A DNA stretch of 64,000 nucleotides from an uncultured Chloroflexia bacterium (GTDB taxonomy: Bacteria > Chloroflexota > Dehalococcoidia > Dehalococcoidales > RBG-16-60-22), in assembly GCA_963759785.1 (NCBI GenBank), contig CAVXAM010000009.1, forward strand, positions 17,593-81,592, read 5' to 3'. The position numbers were made by a program, and so were the translations under genes. Below, one piece after another: positions 24,599 to 33,931 of this stretch (position 1 is its first letter; each line of letters starts with the position of its first letter). Below the pieces are notes generated by a model that was given only the letters and a program-made list of their open reading frames with translations, was not told where the DNA came from and did not search any database.

Positions 24599-25717
24599 TC
24601 AGCGTATGCCAAGCTCTCGGTCTGTCTGGATGAGACGTATAATATCGGCGCGGCTAAGCAGACCTCCGCATTTCCCATCGTCTTTAATCAATACCTGGTT
24701 AACGTCGTTTTTCGCAATCAGCACCATAGCAGTGTTCAAATTGTCTTCCGGAGAGACAGTGTAAAGCAGCTGGCTGGTCATTATTTGTTTAACCGCGGTT
24801 GTCGTCCATTTATCCTGTGATGTTTTTTTTAAGTCGGTAATCGTGGCAATGCCGATTAACTTGCCTTCTTTACAGACGGGCACCGCTCGGCCATGCTGCC
24901 GGCGGAAGACGTTATTCACCATATCTTCGACCGTCGTCTCGGGTTCAACCGTGGTAATATTGGGATTCATTAGTTCTTTAACTTTAACGTGGCTTAAACG
25001 CTCGCGCAGGGCAACCTCTTTACGGCTGGCGTCCGCCGAACCATTAAGGAACCAGCCGAGAAACGCTATCCATAAGCCGTTGACAAAACTAACGGATATC
25101 ATCAGGAAAAGACCCAAGCCGATAAAAGCCCAACCGAAGAACTGTCCCACGATGCTGGCGATATTAGTAGCTCGCGAAAGATTGCCGGTAGCGCCCCAGA
25201 TAAGCGAACGCAATACCCGTCCGCCATCCATCGGGAAACCCGGCAGCAAGTTAAATACGCCGAGATACATATTAATCAACGCCAGATAACTTAATGTCGC
25301 CGTCAGGGGAGTGGTTTTATCAGTCGGGAGAAAAGAAAGTCCCCAAAAAATCACCGCCAGGATGAGGCTGCTTAAAGGACCGACAATAGCCATAAAGAAC
25401 TCGGCGGCTGGCTTTTCCGGCTCTTCTTCCAGGTTGCTGGCGCCGCCGAGGAGGAAAAGGGTGATACTCTGTACCGGTATACCCCTCGCTTTAGCCACCA
25501 GCGAATGGGCTATTTCATGCAGCAGCACCGATACGAAAATTAATAATGACCCGATGATGCCGGTTATCCAGTAAGTTGCCGTGCTCCAGTCGGGATATAA
25601 AGAGGGGAAATAAGCCTGGGCGAGCGTCCAGCTAAAGAAAATAAAGGCAAAAATCCAGGTATAATGAATACCGATGGTGATGCCAGCGATACGGAAAAGC
25701 TTAAATGACGCTTTCAT
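24599..25717 (-). CDS. M50 site-2 protease family with CBS pair
   Basis: HEIAHSL zinc motif, multiple TM helices, NLLPGFPMDGGR, C-terminal CBS-like repeats. Confidence 0.85.
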   Translation of the reverse strand: MKASFKLFRIAGITIGIHYTWIFAFIFFSWTLAQAYFPSLYPDWSTATYWITGIIGSLLIFVSVLLHEIAHSLVAKARGIPVQSITLFLLGGASNLEEEPEKPAAEFFMAIVGPLSSLILAVIFWGLSFLPTDKTTPLTATLSYLALINMYLGVFNLLPGFPMDGGRVLRSLIWGATGNLSRATNIASIVGQFFGWAFIGLGLFLMISVSFVNGLWIAFLGWFLNGSADASRKEVALRERLSHVKVKELMNPNITTVEPETTVEDMVNNVFRRQHGRAVPVCKEGKLIGIATITDLKKTSQDKWTTTAVKQIMTSQLLYTVSPEDNLNTAMVLIAKNDVNQVLIKDDGKCGGLLSRADIIRLIQTDRELGIR

Positions 25718-25746
25718 ACATCCCCTTCGCTAATCCAACCATATCA

Positions 25747-28700
25747 TTATAACTGTTCGACCTGCAACCCCGCCTCCCCTACTAATTCGGTAAGTCGCTG
25801 CTTCAGCTCGGGACTGTAGCCGGTCTGGAGGCTGGGGATTTTTAGCGGCACCGCCCCGCCGCCGTTAATAACATTTAGCTGGACTTCGTCGCGGCCGGTG
25901 TAAGTCTTTAATAAATCAACGATTTTACCCAGCCGGGCGACGTCCCCCGCTTCGTCGTTAGTTTGCCTGATATTAATAATCAGTAGATGCCTGATGGTAG
26001 GCACAGGGACCGGTTTTTCCTTCGGAATTTCTTTTTTCGGGGGAGGAGGGGCTTTAGCGACTAACGGCTCGCCTTCCTGGGGCGGCTGGTAAAGGCGAAC
26101 GCTATCGCAGCTTAATTGAGCTCTTTCGTCGCGTACCCTGACCCTGCCCTGGATGACCAGCTCGTTGCCTTCCTGCCAGAGTTCCTCGGTATCGGCGAAA
26201 ACCTTAGGCCAGACCATGACTTCAACCTGCCCGCTGAAGTCTTCGAGAATAGCGCTGGCGAAGGACCGCCCGTCTTTAGTGAGGAGATACCGCGCCGAGA
26301 TGACCCTGCCGGCTAACACGACATTTTGTCCGTCCAGTTCAACACTTATTTCTTCGCAGAATTTGGTATCTGGAATGGCGCTACTGAAAACGGGACTGAA
26401 TGGTTTTTCCGAAAAACTAACGCCGAGCAGTTCCTTCTCCCAAAAGGCTTTCTCCCTGTCGGTGACATCGGCTGGCGTTAGTTCTAGTTCTGCCAACGGC
26501 GCGGACGCCGTCTCGCCGAAGAGGTCGAACATCGTCGATTGTCCCGTTTCGCGGAGGTGGTGCTCGCGCTGGGCGAGGGATAGTATGCGAGCGACGCTAT
26601 TGAGTAAAGTACCGCGGTTTCCTAAACAATCCAGTGTTCCCGCTTTAATCAGGCTTTCCATTACCCGCCGGTTAATTGCCTGCAGGTTGCCGCGGCGACA
26701 TAGGTCTTCAATCGATTTATAAGGGCCGTTTTTATTACGTTCGGCGATAACCGGCTCCATTGCCCCGGCGCCGACGTTTTTAATCGCCCCCAAACCAAAG
26801 CGTATCGCCGGTTTTTCCGAGTCATTAGTTTCGATGGAAAAAGCGAGCTGGCTGTTATTGATATCCGGCTGTAAAACATTGATATCCAGTCGGCGGCATT
26901 CAGCGACGGCGCTGGCAGTTTTTTCTAATTCGCCAGCGTGAATAGTCAAGAAGGCGGTAATATATTCCGCCGTGTAATTAGCTTTTAAATAAGCCGTCTG
27001 GTAAGCAATCAGAGCGTAGCACCAGGCGTGAGCCTTATTAAAAGCGTAGCCGGCGAAAGGCTCGATAAGCGTAAAGACTTCCTCGGTCACTTCTTCGGGG
27101 AAGCCCCGCTTCTTAGCGCCGCTGAAGAAGTTACGTTTTTCCTTCTTGACCGCCTCGGCGATTTTCTTACCCATCGCCTTGCGGAAGATATCCGCTTGAC
27201 CCAGCGTATAGCCGGCGAGTTCTTGAACGATTAAGAGCACCTGCTCCTGATAAACGATGACGCCGTAGGTTTCTTTTAAGATATTTTCCAGGGCGGGGTG
27301 GGGATAACGAATCGGGGCTCGGCCATGTTTACCGTCGATGAAGCGGGGGATGTGTTCCATCGGACCGGGACGGTATAAGGCGACCATGGCAGCGATATCG
27401 CTGAAGACCGACGGCTTAAGCTCTTTAATATAGCGCCGCATCCCCGAGCCTTCCAGTTGAAATACGCCCACCGTTTCGCCCGCTGCTAACAAATCGTAAG
27501 TCTTTTTATCGTCCATCGGGAGTTTATAAAGGTCGATTTCGACGCCGTGTTTTTCTTTAATAATGTCCCGCGCTTTGCCGAGAATAGTCAGGTTCGCCAG
27601 CCCGAGGAAGTCCATTTTAAGCAGACCGATACGGGCGATATCATTCATGGCAAACTGGGTCATGACGGCTTCCTGATTTTCGGTTTTCACACAGTGCTGG
27701 AGGGGCACATATTTCGTCAGCGGCTCTTTGGAGATAACGACGCCGGCGGCATGGGTGCTGGCATGACGCGAAACGCCTTCAACACTGCGGGCGGCTTTAA
27801 CCAGGTTACGGACGATTTCATCTTGCTCGTAGATAGCCCGCAATTCCTGGTTCTCGTCCATCGCCCGGGCTAACGTCATCCCGGGCAGGCCGGGCACCAA
27901 ACGCGCCACGCGGTCGACATCGCCGTAGGTCATCCCTAAAGCCCGCCCGACATCGCGTATCGCCGCCCGCGCCCCCAGCGTACCAAAAGTAATAATCTGG
28001 GCGACATGGTCGGCGCCGTATTTTTGGGTGACATAGTCGATAACCTCATCACGCCGGTTGTCCTGAAAGTCCATATCGACATCGGGCATTTCCTTACGCT
28101 CTATATTTAAGAAACGCTCGAAAACAAGGTTGAACTCCAGGGGATCGAGGGGGGTAATGCCGAGCAGGTGCAAGACGATACTCGAAGCCGCGCTGCCCCG
28201 TACGCCGAAGAGGATATTCTGTTTTTTAGTAAAGGAAATAATGTCCCAGACTACCAAAATATAGTTAGCGAACTCGGTTTTCTTAATAACATCAAGCTCA
28301 TACTCAAGCCGTTTTTTCGTCTCGGGGGAGGGGTTGGGGTAATACTGCTCTAAGCTCTGATAGCAAAGGTCGGCGAGAAACTGGTCGGCGGTTTTATTTT
28401 CGGGGATACCGATTTCCGGCAGGTGTAAACGCCCGAACTCCATCTCCAGATTGCACATCCGGGCGATTTTCTCGGTGTTTTCCAGCGCCTGCGGGATATC
28501 CTTATAAAGCTCCGCCATCTCTTCCGGGCTTTTCAGGTAGAAAAAGTCCCCCGCCATTTTCATCCGTTTTTCATCGTGAATCGTGGTGTTGGTGCCGATA
28601 CAAAGTAAAAGGTCGTGGGCGGCGGCGTCCTCACGCTTTACGTAGTGGGTATCGTTAGTGGCAACAATGGGGATATTGAGTTCGGCGCCCAGCTGGATAA

Positions 28701-29256
28701 GATAGGTATTGACGGCTTCGACCTCCGGGATGGGATGACGCATAATTTCAAAGTAGAAATTCTCGAAGGTCTTTTGATACCATAAAGACGCTTCTTTAGC
28801 ATCGGCGTAGCGTCCGTTCAGTACCAGATACGCCACCTCGCCCGAATTGCAGGCGCTTAAAGCGATTAGCCCATCCTTGTGCTGCTCCAATAGTTCTTTA
28901 TCAACGCGGGGTTTATAGTAAAACCCTTCGAGGTGGGCTTTGGTGGAGAGTTGAATGAGGTTCTGGTAGCCGACCTGGTTTTTCGCCAGCAGGATAAGGT
29001 GGTAGTTGTTCCTATCGGCAGAGGTTTTACTAAAATGGCTGCCCGGGGCGATGTAAATTTCACAGCCGATGATAGGCTTGATGCCGGCTTCTTTCGCCGC
29101 CTGGTAGAACTCGATAACCCCGTACATAACACCGTGGTCGGTTATCGCCAGGGCATCCATACCCAGGTCTTTAACGCGGGCGACCAGTTTGGGGATAGAG
29201 CACATCCCATCCAGTAAACTGTATTCGGTATGCACATGGAGATGGGTAAACATCAT
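25747..29256 (-). CDS. dnaE: DNA polymerase III alpha subunit
   Basis: PHP N-terminus FTHLHVHTEYSLLDG, length 1169 aa, polymerase core and OB-fold region. Confidence 0.95.
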   Translation of the reverse strand: MMFTHLHVHTEYSLLDGMCSIPKLVARVKDLGMDALAITDHGVMYGVIEFYQAAKEAGIKPIIGCEIYIAPGSHFSKTSADRNNYHLILLAKNQVGYQNLIQLSTKAHLEGFYYKPRVDKELLEQHKDGLIALSACNSGEVAYLVLNGRYADAKEASLWYQKTFENFYFEIMRHPIPEVEAVNTYLIQLGAELNIPIVATNDTHYVKREDAAAHDLLLCIGTNTTIHDEKRMKMAGDFFYLKSPEEMAELYKDIPQALENTEKIARMCNLEMEFGRLHLPEIGIPENKTADQFLADLCYQSLEQYYPNPSPETKKRLEYELDVIKKTEFANYILVVWDIISFTKKQNILFGVRGSAASSIVLHLLGITPLDPLEFNLVFERFLNIERKEMPDVDMDFQDNRRDEVIDYVTQKYGADHVAQIITFGTLGARAAIRDVGRALGMTYGDVDRVARLVPGLPGMTLARAMDENQELRAIYEQDEIVRNLVKAARSVEGVSRHASTHAAGVVISKEPLTKYVPLQHCVKTENQEAVMTQFAMNDIARIGLLKMDFLGLANLTILGKARDIIKEKHGVEIDLYKLPMDDKKTYDLLAAGETVGVFQLEGSGMRRYIKELKPSVFSDIAAMVALYRPGPMEHIPRFIDGKHGRAPIRYPHPALENILKETYGVIVYQEQVLLIVQELAGYTLGQADIFRKAMGKKIAEAVKKEKRNFFSGAKKRGFPEEVTEEVFTLIEPFAGYAFNKAHAWCYALIAYQTAYLKANYTAEYITAFLTIHAGELEKTASAVAECRRLDINVLQPDINNSQLAFSIETNDSEKPAIRFGLGAIKNVGAGAMEPVIAERNKNGPYKSIEDLCRRGNLQAINRRVMESLIKAGTLDCLGNRGTLLNSVARILSLAQREHHLRETGQSTMFDLFGETASAPLAELELTPADVTDREKAFWEKELLGVSFSEKPFSPVFSSAIPDTKFCEEISVELDGQNVVLAGRVISARYLLTKDGRSFASAILEDFSGQVEVMVWPKVFADTEELWQEGNELVIQGRVRVRDERAQLSCDSVRLYQPPQEGEPLVAKAPPPPKKEIPKEKPVPVPTIRHLLIINIRQTNDEAGDVARLGKIVDLLKTYTGRDEVQLNVINGGGAVPLKIPSLQTGYSPELKQRLTELVGEAGLQVEQL

Positions 29257-29327
29257 ACCCCCAAAGAGAAGCCTAAAATGATTATAGCACAGGACTGGTT
29301 TTTTGGAGTATTATAGAAAGAATTAAA

Positions 29328-30011
29328 GTGATGAAAATAATAAAAATAGTTGCCCAGTGGATTTTTATCTTGTGCCTGCCGGCTTTGCTGCTGACCGCCA
29401 GCCTAAGCGCCGCGATGAACTGCCGAGCTCTTTATGAATACGGCTTTAGCAAATACGAAATCAGCCGGGTGACCGGTCTAGCACCCGAAGAACTGACGAA
29501 AGCCGCCGATGGACTGATTACCTACTTTAACTCCAACGATGAATATATTGATATTACCGTTACGAAAAACGGACAGCCCTTTACCCTTTTTAACGAACGC
29601 GAAGTCCAGCACCTTAAGGACGTTAAGGGGCTTTTCTGGCTGTGTTATTACGTCTTGATAGGGACAGGCACCTATGCTTTAGCTTATCTTGGGGTGACGC
29701 TTTTCTGGTGGCGGGATAAGCGGCGGCTGGGGTGGTCTTTATTGGGCGGCGGAGGACTAACGTTAGTTCTCATGGCGGCGGTGGGGATTATGATAGCGCT
29801 GGACTTCAACCAGTTCTTTTTACAGTTCCACCTTTTGAGTTTCGCTAATGACTTCTGGCAGCTCAACCCGGCGACGGACTACCTGCTAATGATGTTCCCG
29901 GACGGATTCTGGTTCGACGCCGTGCTCTTTTGCGCCTTAGGGACGGGCGTCATGGCGATTATTTTAGGAGGGGTGGGGTGGTGGCTTAAAATGCAAAGTG
30001 AAGCCCCCTAG
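29328..30011 (+). CDS. integral membrane protein, TIGR01906/DUF1461-like
   Basis: N-terminal TM, FNEREVQHLKDVKGLF motif recalled for DUF1461, 3 C-terminal TM helices; family call from memory. Confidence 0.5.
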   Translation: MMKIIKIVAQWIFILCLPALLLTASLSAAMNCRALYEYGFSKYEISRVTGLAPEELTKAADGLITYFNSNDEYIDITVTKNGQPFTLFNEREVQHLKDVKGLFWLCYYVLIGTGTYALAYLGVTLFWWRDKRRLGWSLLGGGGLTLVLMAAVGIMIALDFNQFFLQFHLLSFANDFWQLNPATDYLLMMFPDGFWFDAVLFCALGTGVMAIILGGVGWWLKMQSEAP

Positions 30012-30430
30012 TTATACGTCACGTCCACCTTAAAAGTCGTAACCTTGTTACAGTTTGCACCCAGGCAGGTAAAGGTATAGTCCCACGTCTCGTTAGGTCC
30101 CAGGTTAACGATGGTATCCGTCGAACTGTAAACAAGGTTCATATTTGAATCGTAAAACTTGCCAGTCACCGGGGCTATATTGACCGTATAATTACTGACG
30201 TTCTTAATACTCACGATGCCTATGGCGTTACCCTCCGCATCATGTGAAAACTCATTCCGGATTATCGATAGCTCCGCTTTGGGCGGTACGGTATATGTCG
30301 TGCCATAATAAGTCGGTACCCCGGTTCCGTAATAACCGGGCGTCGCGTTAGTTACCACAACAATACACGCCGAACTAAAAGCCACTAACAATATTAGTGC
30401 TAGTAATACGGTAGTTATTTTCAATATCAT
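30008..30430 (-). CDS. small secreted protein with FxLYD-like beta-sandwich pattern
   Basis: N-terminal hydrophobic helix; ...VSIKNVSNYTVNIAPVTGKFYDSNMNLV...LGPNETWDYTF resembles the FxLYD domain pattern. Confidence 0.4.
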   Translation of the reverse strand: MILKITTVLLALILLVAFSSACIVVVTNATPGYYGTGVPTYYGTTYTVPPKAELSIIRNEFSHDAEGNAIGIVSIKNVSNYTVNIAPVTGKFYDSNMNLVYSSTDTIVNLGPNETWDYTFTCLGANCNKVTTFKVDVTYN

Positions 30431-31530
30431 GCCAGTACGCCTTTCTCCCGCGACGGAAGGACAATGGATAATACCAGTAAAGCAATTCCGATAATTAGTA
30501 TGGCAATAGCCAACGGTAAAGCCACCCCGGTAATATCATTAATCAGACCTTGAATCCAGAGATTTAAAGCGGTCGGGATGTCAAAGTGCCCCATATCAGA
30601 CACCCATTGGGTAAATGGCAGCATTCTTAACAGGAAAATACCAGCTAAATCAACGATACCGATAAACATCAGCTCGATACCTAAGGCGCGGGCAGGTATT
30701 TTTACGCTCCAGTTGACCAAGAATATCAAACCCGCCAGGACGATTAGTAAAACAATCAGCCAGTAATAGTAAGTCTGGAAGTAGCCAATGCCTGTCCGGA
30801 TATTCCAGAAAGATTGCATCGTGTCACTGCCCATCGAGCTTTCGTCGATGGTGTATGAGTTAGGAATTTCACTGACGAAATTCTCGATGAAATCGTTAAC
30901 ATACTGGTCAGCCAGGTCTTTGTTATGAGGGTCGAGGGGCGGGGCACCAGCTTTCGGTGGCACGCCGGCAATTTCCCTTAAATATTGTTCGACATAGAGA
31001 TTACGTTCACTGGGAGGAAGGGAAGAAAGCTCGGGTGGCAGCATATCCTCTGGTAAATCCTGAATGATATCCTGCAAGTACGCTGATATTTCGGCATCGG
31101 ACTTACCCGCTAACTTCCCCTGGAGATAGCTTTCCAGTTCGGACCAAAAACTATCTTTCAGGCTCGTTTTTAGTTCCGACAACGGAACAGTAATTGATAG
31201 GTAATTAGTTTTACCCAGGAAATAGTCATAGCCCGTAATAATCCCGTTTTTAAGCTGCGTCTTTATCCACGGTTCCTGTCCTTCGATGATGTTATAAGCA
31301 ACTCCCGTTAAAAATTCCGAGCCCTGGGGCAGCTCTTTACCAATCTGGTCTTCGGCTATATCGCGAGTGATGGAAGATATCGGTATTTTATCAACCTGAC
31401 CAGTGATGAAATCGACGTTAAGCGCCGTGCCGTGCAGCATAAAGGCAAGGCTAAAAACACCCAGCGTAACGAAGAAGATGATCATTAAAATTGATGTAGC
31501 GAAGCCTTTTAAAAAACCCATCAATGTCAC
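30427..31530 (-). CDS. hypothetical polytopic membrane protein
   Basis: TM helix at N-terminus, large soluble loop, 4 C-terminal TM helices; 4-nt overlap with downstream gene. Confidence 0.5.
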   Translation of the reverse strand: MTLMGFLKGFATSILMIIFFVTLGVFSLAFMLHGTALNVDFITGQVDKIPISSITRDIAEDQIGKELPQGSEFLTGVAYNIIEGQEPWIKTQLKNGIITGYDYFLGKTNYLSITVPLSELKTSLKDSFWSELESYLQGKLAGKSDAEISAYLQDIIQDLPEDMLPPELSSLPPSERNLYVEQYLREIAGVPPKAGAPPLDPHNKDLADQYVNDFIENFVSEIPNSYTIDESSMGSDTMQSFWNIRTGIGYFQTYYYWLIVLLIVLAGLIFLVNWSVKIPARALGIELMFIGIVDLAGIFLLRMLPFTQWVSDMGHFDIPTALNLWIQGLINDITGVALPLAIAILIIGIALLVLSIVLPSREKGVLA

Positions 31531-31641
31531 CTTAACTTTCCGGCGTTTCTTTTTAGTATTAGACTAAAGCAATACGCCGGTTTATTTTGCCTAAATTTTA
31601 ACATATCCTAAAGTAAAAAAACATCACATGATTTGCCAAGG

Positions 31642-31670
31642 TTGACGACATAGGAGGTATTTAGTAGAAT
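31642..31670 (+). promoter_or_regulatory. sigma70-like promoter for tRNA-Val (TTGACG-17-TAGAAT)
   Basis: Read directly; -10 ends 13 nt before the tRNA 5' end. Confidence 0.45.
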
Positions 31671-31683
31671 TACATTGTATTAC

Positions 31684-31760
31684 GGGCGGTTAGCTCAGTT
31701 GGCTAGAGCGCCGCGTTGACATCGCGGAGGTCAGTGGTTCAAGTCCTCTACCGCCCACCA
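31684..31760 (+). tRNA. tRNA-Val (anticodon GAC)
   Basis: Acceptor GGGCGGT/ACCGCCC, D-arm GCTCAGTTGGCTAGAGC, anticodon stem CCGCG/CGCGG with loop TTGACAT, GGTTCAAGTCC T-loop, encoded CCA. Confidence 0.9.
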
Positions 31761-31823
31761 TGTCGTTCTGCTTTAATCCCAATCCCACCCAACAAGAGTC
31801 AAGGTTTATCCCGAGCTTGTCGA

Positions 31824-31850
31824 GGGATTCGAGTCCTGTATCGCCCACCA
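31824..31850 (+). repeat. degenerate copy of the tRNA-Val T-arm/acceptor 3' end
   Basis: GGGATTCGAGTCCTGTATCGCCCACCA versus genuine GTGGTTCAAGTCCTCTACCGCCCACCA. Confidence 0.55.
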
Positions 31851-32017
31851 GAGGAGACTTTAACTCTCTATACTAAAACTTGAATTCTAGATGTTTTAAA
31901 GGAACTCTCCAATCACTTAAGTCGTGTTTCAGGTAGAGATCGACTCTCCCCCGTCTCCACCAAACCAAAAATATCAGATTGCATGTCCGAAGCGAGTTAC
32001 TAAATAGAGTCCAAGCC

Positions 32018-33259
32018 TCACTCCGAACGCAGGGCTTCGATGGGGTTAAGACGCGAGGCATTCCAGGCGGGATAAAAGCCGAAGAATAGCCCGATTCCTA
32101 CCGATACAGAAACGGCCATTATTACGACACTGGGGCTGACCAAAGTCGACATCTGGGCAAAACGCCCGACCAGTATTGAAACAACCCAGCCAAAAATTAC
32201 ACCGATGACCCCGCCGGCAAAAGTCAGTACGGCAGCCTCGATAAGGAATTGAATCCATATATCTCGTTCTTTAGCGCCCAATGCTTTGCGAATACCTATC
32301 TCTCTAGTTCTTTCCAATACCGAGACCAACATAATATTCATAACACCGATACCACCGACGAGTAGCGAAATCGCGGCAATAGCGCCTAGCAGCAAGGTCA
32401 AGGTGTTCGCTGTTTCCGAAACTGTAGCTACAAGCTCGGCCATTGAACTAACATTAAAATCATTATCGGCACTAGCGCTAAGCTGATGCCGCGTCCGCAG
32501 CAGGGCAGTAATCTCATCGTTGACAACACTGGAATAACTCTGGTCGGTTATCTCTAATGATATTGACGATACCACATGCCCGCCCTGGGCGGTTCGGGGT
32601 TGAGCTACCGTCTGCTGCATCGCCGTGAGTGGAATAAAAACAGAATCGTCGGGTGAACCAAATGTCTCCCCTTTGCTATCAAGGACGCCGATGACGGTCA
32701 TGATAATTGTGCCCATACGCAGCTGTTGTCCTACCGGGTCGATGTTAGCATACAATGTATCTTTTACATTGGACCCGAGGACGGCAACCGTTTCGCCCTG
32801 TTGATATTCAAAATCAGTAAAAGAACGACCGTCAGCAATGTCAAGGTTATTGACCGTTAAGTAGCCTGAAGTGATTCCGTTAACATTGCTGTTCATGTTA
32901 TTGACGCTGACGACTAGCTGCAACGACCGCGAATAGGATGGGGCGACAATAGCTACGTAAGGAAGCTGGCTGATGGCTTCAGCATCTTCCAGAGTCAGGG
33001 TAGTAACACCGCCGGCGGCACCCCTGAAACCGCCGAAGTATATTGACCCGGGGCGGATGGTGACCAAGTTTGCGCCCAGATTCCCGATACGGTTCAGGAT
33101 GTCAGCTTCGGCACCGTTGCCGATAGACATCAAGACAATTACCGAGGTGACGCCGATAATAATGCCGAGCATGGTTAAAAAACTGCGCAACTTATGAGTG
33201 CCGATGCCAACCCATATTGTAGAACAGATGATAGCTAAATAGTTGAACAACTTTTTCAT
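32018..33259 (-). CDS. ABC transporter permease, MacB/FtsX type
   Basis: N-terminal TM, large periplasmic domain, C-terminal FtsX-type 3-TM bundle (REIGIRKALGA motif). Confidence 0.85.
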   Translation of the reverse strand: MKKLFNYLAIICSTIWVGIGTHKLRSFLTMLGIIIGVTSVIVLMSIGNGAEADILNRIGNLGANLVTIRPGSIYFGGFRGAAGGVTTLTLEDAEAISQLPYVAIVAPSYSRSLQLVVSVNNMNSNVNGITSGYLTVNNLDIADGRSFTDFEYQQGETVAVLGSNVKDTLYANIDPVGQQLRMGTIIMTVIGVLDSKGETFGSPDDSVFIPLTAMQQTVAQPRTAQGGHVVSSISLEITDQSYSSVVNDEITALLRTRHQLSASADNDFNVSSMAELVATVSETANTLTLLLGAIAAISLLVGGIGVMNIMLVSVLERTREIGIRKALGAKERDIWIQFLIEAAVLTFAGGVIGVIFGWVVSILVGRFAQMSTLVSPSVVIMAVSVSVGIGLFFGFYPAWNASRLNPIEALRSE

Positions 33260-33927
33260 CGCTTTTCTTCTCCGATGATTTCACCGTCTTTAAGATGTAT
33301 TATTCGCTTGCAATGTTTGGCGATATTGGCATCATGTGTCACTATCAGCAAAGTGATGCCCCCCTCATCATGCATCGAGGTGAGGATGGAAATTACCTCT
33401 TCGCCGGAACGGCTGTCCAGCTGTCCTGTGGGTTCATCAGCCAGAAAGAGGGACGGATTTTTTACCAGCGCCCGAGCGATGGCTACTCTCTGCTGTTCCC
33501 CTCCCGAAAGTTCAACGGGACGGTGATTAATCCGCTCTCCTAAACCTACCTTACCCAAGGCTTCCTTGGCGCGTTTACGGTCAACTCCGCCGGCGTAGGT
33601 CATGCCCAGCTCAACATTAGCCAGCGTCGTCAGTCGCGAGAGCAGGTTAAAAGTCTGGAAGATAAAACCGATTTCACGCCCTCTGATATTTGCCAGTTCA
33701 CCGCTGCTAAGTCCACTCACCTCGTGATTTTCGAAATAGTAGCTGCCGGATGTTGGCCTGTCCAGACATCCTATAAGATTGAGCAATGTTGTCTTACCTG
33801 AACCGGAGGCGCCCATGATGGCTACCATTTCACCCTTTTCAACACTCATGGTGATGCCTTTCAGCACCGTTAAATCCATTTTGCCCATGCGATAAATTTT
33901 AGTGATATTTTGTAGCCGTATCATCAT
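33256..33927 (-). CDS. ABC transporter ATP-binding protein (MacB/LolD-like)
   Basis: Walker A GASGSGKTT, signature LSGGEQQRVAIARAL, Walker B LFLADEPTG; ATG 33927 lies 4 nt after the upstream stop. Confidence 0.9.
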   Translation of the reverse strand: MMIRLQNITKIYRMGKMDLTVLKGITMSVEKGEMVAIMGASGSGKTTLLNLIGCLDRPTSGSYYFENHEVSGLSSGELANIRGREIGFIFQTFNLLSRLTTLANVELGMTYAGGVDRKRAKEALGKVGLGERINHRPVELSGGEQQRVAIARALVKNPSLFLADEPTGQLDSRSGEEVISILTSMHDEGGITLLIVTHDANIAKHCKRIIHLKDGEIIGEEKR

Positions 33928-33931
33928 CGTG

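Noticed and set aside
25747-29256. Intein or other insertion in dnaE; long antisense ORFs at 26153-26722 and 27547-27873
   Set aside because: The length (1169 aa) and continuous conserved blocks fit an uninterrupted DnaE. The antisense ORFs lack motifs.
31873-32061. 62-aa minus-strand ORF downstream of the tRNA fragments
   Set aside because: It overlaps the 3' end of the MacB permease gene and has no RBS. The region is better explained as a tRNA-fragment or att remnant.
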